From: Chthoniobacter sp.
GTDB taxonomy: Bacteria > Verrucomicrobiota > Verrucomicrobiia > Chthoniobacterales > Chthoniobacteraceae
Length of the DNA: 64,000 nt
Assembly (NCBI GenBank): GCA_031424395.1
Contig: JANPHJ010000096.1
Coordinates: forward strand, 969 to 64,968
Direction of reading: 5' to 3'
Every line of letters starts with the position of its first letter. The stretch's first letter is position 1. Of the stretch, positions 37,356 through 45,217 are shown piece after piece. A program made the position numbers and the translations under genes. Under the pieces are notes generated by a model, which was not told the DNA's origin, did no database searches, and was given only the letters and a program-made list of their open reading frames with translations.

Positions 37356-38177
37356 TTATTTGCCGAGCTGCGGGCCGGCGCCGAGGTCTTCGGGCGTGGG
37401 CATCTTGAGCTCGCGAAGCCAGATGCTGCGATAGCGCGTGGGGCTGCCGTGGTCTTGCAGGCGGATCGGGCCTTTCTCCGCGTGTGCGTGGTAGGTGCCG
37501 ACGTTGCGGTGCGGCGTTTCGCCGATGAGGACGGTGTGGTTTTGCGTGACTACGCCGTTGTGCAGGACGGTGACGACCATCGGCTTCTCGAGCTTGCCTT
37601 CCTTGAAGCGCGGGCCTTCGCAGATGATGTCGTAGGTCTGCCACTCGCCGGGCTTGCGCGAGGCGTTCACCTGCGGCGGCATGTAGCCGTAGATCGCGGT
37701 GGCTTGGCCGTCGGGGTAGGTCTGGTTCTCGTAGTTGTCGAGCACCTGGATCTCGTAGCGCCCAAAAAGAAAGATGCCGCTGTTGCCTCGGCCCTGGCTT
37801 TTGCCCTGCGCGGGGACGGGCGCGGTCCACTCGACATGGAGCTGAAAGTCGGGGCCAAACTCATCCTTCGTCTGGAGGTCGCCGCCGCCCATGACGGCCG
37901 CGCCGTTTTCCACTTTCGCTTTGGCTTCGCCGTTGCCGGATTTCCACTTCGACAAATCCTTGCCGTCAAAAAGCACCACGGCGTCGCTCGGGGGCGTGCT
38001 CGCTTTTTCCGGCGTAGGGAATTCGCCGGGTGTAATGACGGTCGGCTGGGGGCGTCCGCTGTCGTGGACGTGCCATTTAGTGCCGGGGATCAGCGGCGTG
38101 TCGGTGTAGCCGAGATCGTCGGCAAAGGCGGTCGCGGAGAGCGCGCCGAGCAGGAGGAGTGGGAGGGTCGTTTTCAT
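37356..38177 (-). CDS. DUF1080 (3-keto-disaccharide hydrolase-like) secreted protein
   Basis: Signal peptide MKTTLPLLLLGALSATAFA. The motifs LFDGKDLS.W, GNSGIFL.GRYE.QVLD and I.LQDHG....YR.IW are typical of DUF1080. Confidence 0.8.
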   Translation of the reverse strand: MKTTLPLLLLGALSATAFADDLGYTDTPLIPGTKWHVHDSGRPQPTVITPGEFPTPEKASTPPSDAVVLFDGKDLSKWKSGNGEAKAKVENGAAVMGGGDLQTKDEFGPDFQLHVEWTAPVPAQGKSQGRGNSGIFLFGRYEIQVLDNYENQTYPDGQATAIYGYMPPQVNASRKPGEWQTYDIICEGPRFKEGKLEKPMVVTVLHNGVVTQNHTVLIGETPHRNVGTYHAHAEKGPIRLQDHGSPTRYRSIWLRELKMPTPEDLGAGPQLGK

Positions 38178-38258
38178 TTGGAAGGCGACGATGAACCGTG
38201 AAACGACCGGCCTGACGAGGAAAATTTTGGCCTTTCCTCAAGGGCCGCCGCCACTCCC

Positions 38259-38477
38259 CTACCCGAGCCGATAGACGATGCGGGCCTTGTCCAAATCGTA
38301 GGACGACATCTCGATTTTCACGCGGTCACCGAGGGTGAGGCGGATGAAGCGCTTGCGCATTTTGCCGGAGATGTGGGCGAGCACGAGGTGCTTGTTGGCG
38401 AGGGCGACGCGAAACATGGTGCCGGCGAGGACGGCGGTGATGGTTCCTTCGGTTTCGATGATTTCTTCAACTGGCAT
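38259..38477 (-). CDS. infA: translation initiation factor IF-1
   Basis: 72 aa. EGTI...L....[15 protein letters not shown]...IR...GD.V..E.S.YDL.K.RI.YR. Confidence 0.9.
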   Translation of the reverse strand: MPVEEIIETEGTITAVLAGTMFRVALANKHLVLAHISGKMRKRFIRLTLGDRVKIEMSSYDLDKARIVYRLG

Positions 38478-38671
38478 AATGATGGAGACGACTGCTGCGC
38501 CGCGTGGGCCGGGCATGGTTGGTTGGTGGCGAGGTGCGGCTCAGCCGGGGTGGCACTGCTTTCCTGGAAGCACTCCGCACGGACCTGCAGTCCGCGCGGA
38601 AGGGCGGCGACATTCGCCGGTTTCTCCGGCAATGCAAGCGATAGCGCGGGGGAAATGCGCGCGGCCAATGC

Positions 38672-38959
38672 TCATAGCCGCCTGCTGCCGACCCACGGCG
38701 CCGCTGCACTGTCCGCGTCGGCCGGCTCAATGGCCGCGGATTGTTCCACCACCCGGCGGCAGGTCCGGCAGCGCCACGGACGGCGCAGACTGAAGGCCCA
38801 CATGGCCAGCCAGGGCATTGCCCACAGGCCGAGGGTGACGAGCGTGAGTAGGAACTGCAAGGTGTGGTTCAGGCGGCGGCGGTAAATTTGCCGCGGGCCG
38901 CAGCAGTAGCGGCAAAAGCCGGTGGCATTGACCCTGACGGTGTAAAAGGTGCGGTTCAT
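38672..38959 (-). CDS. candidate small zinc-ribbon membrane protein (LITAF-like arrangement)
   Basis: MNRTF... contains CRYCC, then a hydrophobic stretch FLLTLVTLGLWAMPWLAMW, then CRTC. GC3 is coding-like. No recognised homologue, and the start is uncertain. Confidence 0.35.
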   Translation of the reverse strand: MNRTFYTVRVNATGFCRYCCGPRQIYRRRLNHTLQFLLTLVTLGLWAMPWLAMWAFSLRRPWRCRTCRRVVEQSAAIEPADADSAAAPWVGSRRL

Positions 38960-39103
38960 GGCGGCCACCTTCGCCCGCCCATGTGGCCTGCATTGGGCGG
39001 CGATGTAACATTCTTCCGTCGGCGGCTCGCGGCTGGACACATGCGCGGCCGGGCTTTATAGCCTGCGCTCCCGTTTTCCAAAAAAACCCAGCCCCACCCG
39101 CTT

Positions 39104-39847
39104 ATGAGATTCGCCAATCAAGTCGCCATCGTCACCGGAGCCGGCCGCGGCATCGGCCACGCCATCGCCCTGCGGCTCGCCAGCGAAGGCGCGCGCGTGG
39201 CCGTGGTCAGCCGCACCGAGCTGAACGCCGTGCGCACCGCCGACGAGATCAACGCCACCCACGCCGGGCTGGCCGTGGCCTACGCTGTGGATGTGGCGGA
39301 CACGAAGGCGGTGAAGGCGCTGGCCGAGCGCGTGCTCGCGGATTTTTCCCGCGTGGACATCCTCGTGAACAACGCCGGCCTCACGCGCGACGGACTCTCC
39401 ATGCGGATGAGCGAGGCGGACTGGGACGTGGTGGTGGATACAAATTTGAAGGGCGCGTTTAATTTCATCCAGGCCGTCGAGCGGCCGATGCTCAAGCAGC
39501 GCAGCGGGCGGATCATCAATATCGCCAGCGTCGCCGGGATCATGGGCAACGCGGGCCAGGCGAATTACGCGGCCAGCAAGGCGGGACTGATCGGGCTGAC
39601 GAAAGTGATCGCGCGCGAGCTGGCGAGCCGCGGCATCACCTGCAACGCGGTCGCCCCCGGCTTCATCGCCACGGACATGACGAGCGGGCTGCCGGAGGAG
39701 TTGAAAAGCGGCGTGGTGAAGCAGATTCCGCTGGGCAAATTCGGCGAGCCCGAGGACATCGCGAGCGCGGTGGCGTTCCTTGCGAGCGCGGAGGCGAAAT
39801 ACATAACGGGGCAGGTCTTGACCGTGGATGGCGGGATGGTGATGTAG
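39104..39847 (+). CDS. fabG: 3-oxoacyl-ACP reductase
   Basis: VAIVTGAGRGIG, NNAG and YAASKAG SDR motifs, with overall FabG-like sequence. Confidence 0.85.
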   Translation: MRFANQVAIVTGAGRGIGHAIALRLASEGARVAVVSRTELNAVRTADEINATHAGLAVAYAVDVADTKAVKALAERVLADFSRVDILVNNAGLTRDGLSMRMSEADWDVVVDTNLKGAFNFIQAVERPMLKQRSGRIINIASVAGIMGNAGQANYAASKAGLIGLTKVIARELASRGITCNAVAPGFIATDMTSGLPEELKSGVVKQIPLGKFGEPEDIASAVAFLASAEAKYITGQVLTVDGGMVM

Positions 39848-39923
39848 GAAGCCGGAGAGCGGAGGTCGGAAGACTGCCCGCCGCTCCATCTTCCCACTTC
39901 CGCCCTCCGCCCTCCGACTTTCC
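39847..39923. repeat. hairpin repeat element G (GGCGGAG/CCTCCGC heptamers)
   Basis: GGAAGCCGGAGAGCGGAGGTCGGAAG ... CTTCCGCCCTCCGCCCTCCGACTTTCC has imperfect ~26-nt arms. It fills the entire fabG-sixA spacer. Confidence 0.65.
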
Positions 39924-39925
39924 CC

Positions 39926-40393
39926 ATGCTCCTCTACCTCCTCCGCCACGCCGATGCGGACACGCCCGCGCCGAGCGATGAAGCGCGCGCGCTTTCCGAC
40001 AAGGGCAGGGCGCAAGCCGAGAAGGTCGCGCGGTTTTGCGAAGCGCATGAGATGCACCTCTCGCTCGTGCTGACGAGCCCCGTCCGGCGGGCGCATGAGA
40101 CGGCGCAGATCGTGGTGACGAAGATGCGCGCGGAACTGGTCATCGCGCCGTGGCTGGCGTGTGGGATGCACCCCGCGGCGGCGCTGGAGGAGCTGGGTGC
40201 CTACCGCAGCCAGGGCAGCGTGATGCTCGTCGGCCACGAGCCGGATTTCAGCCAGCTCGCCGCGCACCTCCTCGGCGTGGCGACCAACACCGCGCTGCAT
40301 GTGCGCAAGGCCTCGCTCATGCTCATCGAACTCGACTTCTTCCGTGCCGGCGCGGGGCGGCTGCAATTTTCCCTGTCGTGCAAACTGATGTAA
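39926..40393 (+). CDS. sixA: phosphohistidine phosphatase SixA
   Basis: 155 aa. LLRHA.A catalytic motif, SP..RA..TA, VGHEP. Confidence 0.75.
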   Translation: MLLYLLRHADADTPAPSDEARALSDKGRAQAEKVARFCEAHEMHLSLVLTSPVRRAHETAQIVVTKMRAELVIAPWLACGMHPAAALEELGAYRSQGSVMLVGHEPDFSQLAAHLLGVATNTALHVRKASLMLIELDFFRAGAGRLQFSLSCKLM

Positions 40394-41067
40394 TCCGTCC
40401 GGCGGATTTCGCTGCCGACGCCGCGCAGTTCATCCTCCGGCACGCCCGCGCCGCGATCGCGGAGCGCGGCCTTTTTCGTCTCGCCCTGAGTGGTGGAAAC
40501 ACCCCGCGCGCCGTGCATGCGCAGATCGTCCGGCTCGGCGTGGACCTCGCTTGGAACCGCGTGCAGATCACCTTCGGCGACGAGCGCTGCGTGCCGCCGG
40601 ATCATGCCGACAGCAACTTCCGCATGGCCCGCGAGACGCTGCTCGACGTAGTGCCGATTCCCGCCGGCAACGTTTTCCGCATCCGCGGCGAGATCGCTCC
40701 CGCCGCCGCCGCGCAGGAATATGAGGACAAGCTCGCCGCCGTCGCCGCGCGCTTTGGCGAACTGCGCTACGTTCACGATCTCGTGCTCCTCGGCCTCGGC
40801 GAAGACGGCCACACTGCGTCGCTTTTCCCCGGCTCGCCAGCGCTCGATGAAACCGTGCGCAACGTCATCCCCGCCACCGGCCCCAAGCCGCCGCCGCAGC
40901 GCATCACCATGACCTTTCCGCTGCTCAACACCGCGCGGCACATCGCCTTCCTCGTCACCGGTGCGGACAAGCATGCGCTCGTCGAGAGTATCGTCAGCGG
41001 CGGCAACTCCTTGCCCGCCGCCCTCGTGCAGCCGACGCACGGCGCGCTGACGTGGATCGTCGGCTAG
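40378..41067 (+). CDS. pgl: 6-phosphogluconolactonase
   Basis: LALSGGNTP, FGDERCVP and LLGLGEDGHTASLFPG motifs. The GTG start overlaps the sixA 3' end by 16 nt, and the exact start is uncertain. Confidence 0.8.
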   Translation: MQTDVIRPADFAADAAQFILRHARAAIAERGLFRLALSGGNTPRAVHAQIVRLGVDLAWNRVQITFGDERCVPPDHADSNFRMARETLLDVVPIPAGNVFRIRGEIAPAAAAQEYEDKLAAVAARFGELRYVHDLVLLGLGEDGHTASLFPGSPALDETVRNVIPATGPKPPPQRITMTFPLLNTARHIAFLVTGADKHALVESIVSGGNSLPAALVQPTHGALTWIVG

Positions 41068-41196
41068 CAGCCTCGTCACGCTGGGTGAGCAGCTCCGGGC
41101 CGCCAGTTTTGCCAGGCCTGCGATCCGCACACCTGACCCATGTGAAAGGCTGGCGCTGCCGAGGCGATTGCGCTTGCTTGGCGGCGCTCTTTTCCC

Positions 41197-42195
41197 ATGA
41201 CCAACCCACCACCCCTCCCCGACGCCGACGCCCGCACTTTCGACCAGCTCACCAGCGCCCGCGCGCGCATCCTCGCGGAGTTGGGCAAGGCGATCGTCGG
41301 ACAGCACGAGGTCATCGAGCAGATTCTCATCGCGCTGTTTGCCGGCGGGCACTGCCTTATCACCGGCGCTCCAGGGCTCGCAAAAACGCTCCTCGTGAAA
41401 AGCATCGCGCAGATTTTCCACCTCGAGTTCCGGCGCATCCAGTTCACGCCCGACCTCATGCCGACGGATATCACCGGCGTCGAGATTTTGCAGGACACCG
41501 GCGGCGCGCGGGCGCTGGTCTTTGTGCCGGGGCCGATCTTCGGCAACATGGTGCTCGCCGACGAAATCAACCGCACCCCGCCGAAGACCCAGGCCGCGCT
41601 GCTCGAAGCCATGCAGGAGCATCAGGTTACGGCGAGCGGCAAACGCTACGCGCTGCCCGAGCCGTTCTTCGTCCTCGCCACGCAAAACCCCATCGAGATG
41701 GAAGGCACCTATCCGCTGCCCGAGGCGCAGCTCGACCGCTTCATGTTCAACGTGGTCATCGACTACCTGCCGGAGCATGACGAGGTCGCCGTCGTCCAGC
41801 GCACCACCTCGTCGGGCGGCGAGAAAATCGAGCCGCTGTTCACCGGCGAAGACGTGCTCCGCTTTCACGAACTCGTCCGCAAAGTGCCCGTCGCCGAAGA
41901 CCTCGTGCGCTTCGCCGTGCGCCTCGCCGCCGCCACCCGCCCGCGCCAGCCCGGCACGCCCGATTTCGTCAACGACTGGGTGAGCTGGGGCGCCGGCACC
42001 CGCGCCGCTCAGTTTTTGATTTTGGGCGGAAAAGCCCGCGCGCTGCTGCAAGGCCGGGCGCATGTGACGAAGGAGGACGTCATCGCCCTCGCCGCGCCGG
42101 TGCTGCGGCATCGCGTGCTGGTGAACTACCGCGCGGAGGCGGAAGGCGTGAGCGTCGGGAAAGTTGTGGAGCGCATCCTGGGGACGGTGAAGTAA
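41197..42195 (+). CDS. MoxR-family AAA+ ATPase
   Basis: IVGQ.EVIEQ, Walker A GAPGLAKT, FRRIQFTPDLMP.DITG, Walker B LADEINR, and sensor regions. Confidence 0.9.
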   Translation: MTNPPPLPDADARTFDQLTSARARILAELGKAIVGQHEVIEQILIALFAGGHCLITGAPGLAKTLLVKSIAQIFHLEFRRIQFTPDLMPTDITGVEILQDTGGARALVFVPGPIFGNMVLADEINRTPPKTQAALLEAMQEHQVTASGKRYALPEPFFVLATQNPIEMEGTYPLPEAQLDRFMFNVVIDYLPEHDEVAVVQRTTSSGGEKIEPLFTGEDVLRFHELVRKVPVAEDLVRFAVRLAAATRPRQPGTPDFVNDWVSWGAGTRAAQFLILGGKARALLQGRAHVTKEDVIALAAPVLRHRVLVNYRAEAEGVSVGKVVERILGTVK

Positions 42196-42203
42196 CTCAC
42201 GGT

Positions 42204-43139
42204 ATGGCCGCCGCTGTCTCAACCGCGTCATCGAGCTTTCTCGACCCTGCGGCGCTGATGAGCATCCGCAATCTGGAGCTGCGGGCGCGGACGGTGGTCG
42301 AGGGGTTTTGGCACGGGCTTCATCGGTCGCCGTATCACGGATTTTCGGTCGAGTTCAGCGAGTACCGGCCGTACGCGCCGGGGGATGATCCGCGCTACCT
42401 CGATTGGAAACTGGTGGGTCGCACGGACCGCTATTTCATCAAGAAATTCGAGGACGAGACGAACCTGCGCGCCTACCTGCTGACGGACACCAGCCGCTCG
42501 ATGAGCTTCGGCTCGCGCGGCGTGACGAAGCTCGACTACGCGCGCACGCTCGCCGCCACGCTCGCGTATTTCCTCGCGCAGCAGGGCGACGCGACGGGCC
42601 TGCTGACCTTCGACGAAACGGTGCGCGAATATCTGCCCGCGCGGCATCGCCCCGGCCACCTGCGCCATCTGATGCTCGCGCTGGAGCGCCCCGCCGAGGG
42701 CCGATCCACCGATCTCGCGGCACCGCTCCGTCGTGTCGCGGAGCTGGTGAGGAAACGCGGACTCGTCGTACTCATCAGCGACCTGCTCGCGCCGGCCGAA
42801 GCGCTCGCCGCACCTCTTGCGCTGCTCACCGCCGCGCGCCACGAGGTCATCGTCCTCCAGGTGCTCGACCCCGCGGAGCTGACCTTCGATTTCGCCGACC
42901 CGGCGCGCTTCGTCGATGTGGAGACCGGGCGCGACCTGTTCATCGACCCCGCGCTCGCGCGCAAAAACTACAGTGCGCAGTTCGACGCCCACCTCGCCGC
43001 CATCCGCGCGACCTGCCAGCAGCTCGGCATCACCCACCTCCAGCTTACCACCACGCAGCCGCTCGAACTCGCGCTCTTCGATTTCCTCAAAGCCCGCAGC
43101 GCCCGCGGCAAGCTCGTCCGCCGGAGGGTCGCGGCATGA
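42204..43139 (+). CDS. DUF58 domain protein
   Basis: G...S...G.S.EF.EYR.Y..GDD.R..DWK and FEDE...R..LL.D.S.SM are typical of DUF58 partners of MoxR. Confidence 0.85.
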   Translation: MAAAVSTASSSFLDPAALMSIRNLELRARTVVEGFWHGLHRSPYHGFSVEFSEYRPYAPGDDPRYLDWKLVGRTDRYFIKKFEDETNLRAYLLTDTSRSMSFGSRGVTKLDYARTLAATLAYFLAQQGDATGLLTFDETVREYLPARHRPGHLRHLMLALERPAEGRSTDLAAPLRRVAELVRKRGLVVLISDLLAPAEALAAPLALLTAARHEVIVLQVLDPAELTFDFADPARFVDVETGRDLFIDPALARKNYSAQFDAHLAAIRATCQQLGITHLQLTTTQPLELALFDFLKARSARGKLVRRRVAA

Positions 43140-45217
43140 ACTTCCTCGCCCCCCTCTTCGCCCTCGGCGCGCTCGCGGTGGTCGGGCCGATTCTGTTTCA
43201 CCTCATCCGCCGGACGACGAAAGAGCAGACGCCGTTCAGCACGCTGATGTTTCTCCAGCCCACGCCGCCGCGTGTCACGCGCCGGAGCCGGTTGGAAAAC
43301 CCGTGGCTGCTGCTGCTGCGCTGCCTCGCCGTGGCGCTGCTCGCACTGGGCTTCGCTCGGCCATTTTTCAAAAGCGAACTGCCGGGAGCGGCGAAGGCGG
43401 TGGGCGCGGGCCGACGCGTCGTCATCCTCGTGGACGCGAGCGCGAGCATGCGGCGGGAAGAGCTGTGGGACGAGGCGCGGGCGAAAGCCGACGAGGTGCT
43501 GCGCAAAACCACGCCCGCCGATGAAGTCGCGCTGCTCGCTTTCGACGGCACCGTGCGGACGCTAGTGAGCTTCGACGAATGGAAGACGCTGCCGCCCGAT
43601 GACCGCGCACCGAGCGCCGCGCAACGGCTCGACGCGCTCGCGCCGGGCTGGGCGGCGACGCATCTCGACGCCGCGCTGATCCACGCGGCGGAGCTGCTGG
43701 AGCAGCCGTCGAAGGCGGAGTTGAAGCCCGCGGAGATCGTGGTCATCAGCGACCTCCAGGAAGGCGCGACGCTCGACGCGCTGCAAGGCTACGGCTGGCC
43801 AAAAATGGTGACGGTGAAGCTGGAGCCGGTGCGCGCGCAGCATGCCGAGAACGCGAGCGTGTCGTGGGTCTCCGAGTCCGATGAATCCGAAACCCCGAGC
43901 GAGGACGCACCGCTGCGCCTGCGCGTGACGAATGCCGCCGAATCCAAGCGCGAGCAGTTTCCCGTGCGCTGGAGCCAGACCACCGACGCCAGCGCGGAAG
44001 TCGCCGCCTACGTTCCCGCCGGTCAGAGCCGCATCGTCCGCGCGCCAAAGCAGCCGGAGCGCGCCACCTCGCTCACGCTCTCCGGCGACGACACCGCGTT
44101 CGACAACACCGCTTTCGTCCTCCCGCCGCCGCCGGTGAAAGTCCCGCTGCTCTTCATCGGCGAGGACGCGGACGACGACACCCACGCCTCGCTCTACTAC
44201 CTGCGCCGCGCCTTTCCCAAAACGCGCCGGCAAAGCGTCGAAGTCAGCGCGCATCGCGCCGCGACGTCCGTGCCCGCCTTTCAGCTCCAGCAGGCGCAGC
44301 TCCTCGTGCTCGGCGAAAACTCCGCCGATGCGCCGCTCGCCTCCGCCCGGCAGTTCGCGCGCGACGGGCGCATCGTCATCGCGCCTCTCACCTCCGGGGC
44401 CAGCGCGCAGGCTGTCGCCCGACTGTTGGAAATGCCGCAGTTTTCCGCGACCGAGGCAGCGGTGAAAGACTACGCGTTGCTCGCGCAGATCGACTTTCAG
44501 CATCCGGTTTTCGCGGCCTTCGCCGATCCGCGGTTTAGCGATTTCACGAAGATTCATTTTTGGAAATGGCGGCGCTTCGACGCGGCGGCGCTGCCCGGCG
44601 CGAAGATTCTCGCGCGGTTCGACAGCGGCGATCCGGCCATCGTGCAGGTGCCGTTGGGCAAAGGCAGCGTCGTTATTTTTGCGAGCAGTTGGCGTCCGTC
44701 CGATAGCCAGCTCGCGCTCTCGTCGAAGTTCGTCCCGCTGCTGCAGGCGCTGCTCGACCAGAGCAGCAATGCGCCCGCGCAGAAAGCGCAGTATTTCGTC
44801 GGCGACGAAGTGCCGCTGCCCGCCGATCCCGCCGAGCTGCAAGTGCGCAAGCCCGACGGCACGGAAGTCGTCGCTGCCGCTGGTGCCAAATTCGCCGGCA
44901 CCGACCAGCCCGGCATCTACGCCGTCACGCCCGGCACGCGGCGCTTCGTCGTGAACCTTGCGCCCGACGAAAGCCGCACCACCCCGCTGCCGCTCGCCCG
45001 TTTCACCGCGCTCGGCGTGCCGCTGCCCTCCGCCGCGACCGAAGCTCACCCACCCAGCCCGGAGCAACTCGCGCAGCGCCAGGCCGCCGAACTCGAAGGC
45101 CAGCAAAAGCTCTGGCGCCGGCTAATCATTGGGGCGCTGGGAGTCTTATTGCTTGAAACCCTGATTGCCGGGAAACTTTCACGCACCGTCCGCAGTTCAA
45201 CCACCGCAACCGCATGA
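43136..45217 (+). CDS. BatA-N-terminal double-TM + VWA domain membrane protein
   Basis: MNFLAPLFALGALAVVGPILFHLIRR matches the aerotolerance-regulator N-terminal domain. MIDAS motif VDASASM. C-terminal TM segment LIIGALGVLLLETLIAG. ATGA overlap with DUF58. Confidence 0.8.
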   Translation: MNFLAPLFALGALAVVGPILFHLIRRTTKEQTPFSTLMFLQPTPPRVTRRSRLENPWLLLLRCLAVALLALGFARPFFKSELPGAAKAVGAGRRVVILVDASASMRREELWDEARAKADEVLRKTTPADEVALLAFDGTVRTLVSFDEWKTLPPDDRAPSAAQRLDALAPGWAATHLDAALIHAAELLEQPSKAELKPAEIVVISDLQEGATLDALQGYGWPKMVTVKLEPVRAQHAENASVSWVSESDESETPSEDAPLRLRVTNAAESKREQFPVRWSQTTDASAEVAAYVPAGQSRIVRAPKQPERATSLTLSGDDTAFDNTAFVLPPPPVKVPLLFIGEDADDDTHASLYYLRRAFPKTRRQSVEVSAHRAATSVPAFQLQQAQLLVLGENSADAPLASARQFARDGRIVIAPLTSGASAQAVARLLEMPQFSATEAAVKDYALLAQIDFQHPVFAAFADPRFSDFTKIHFWKWRRFDAAALPGAKILARFDSGDPAIVQVPLGKGSVVIFASSWRPSDSQLALSSKFVPLLQALLDQSSNAPAQKAQYFVGDEVPLPADPAELQVRKPDGTEVVAAAGAKFAGTDQPGIYAVTPGTRRFVVNLAPDESRTTPLPLARFTALGVPLPSAATEAHPPSPEQLAQRQAAELEGQQKLWRRLIIGALGVLLLETLIAGKLSRTVRSSTTATA

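Noticed and set aside
38318-38885. Overlapping ORFs (38318..38668 -, 38335..38793 +, 38373..38885 +, 38467..38730 -) in the infA upstream region.
   Set aside because: They overlap one another, are rich in R/P/A/S, and have no motifs. This is most likely the infA 5' UTR/promoter region plus compositional noise.
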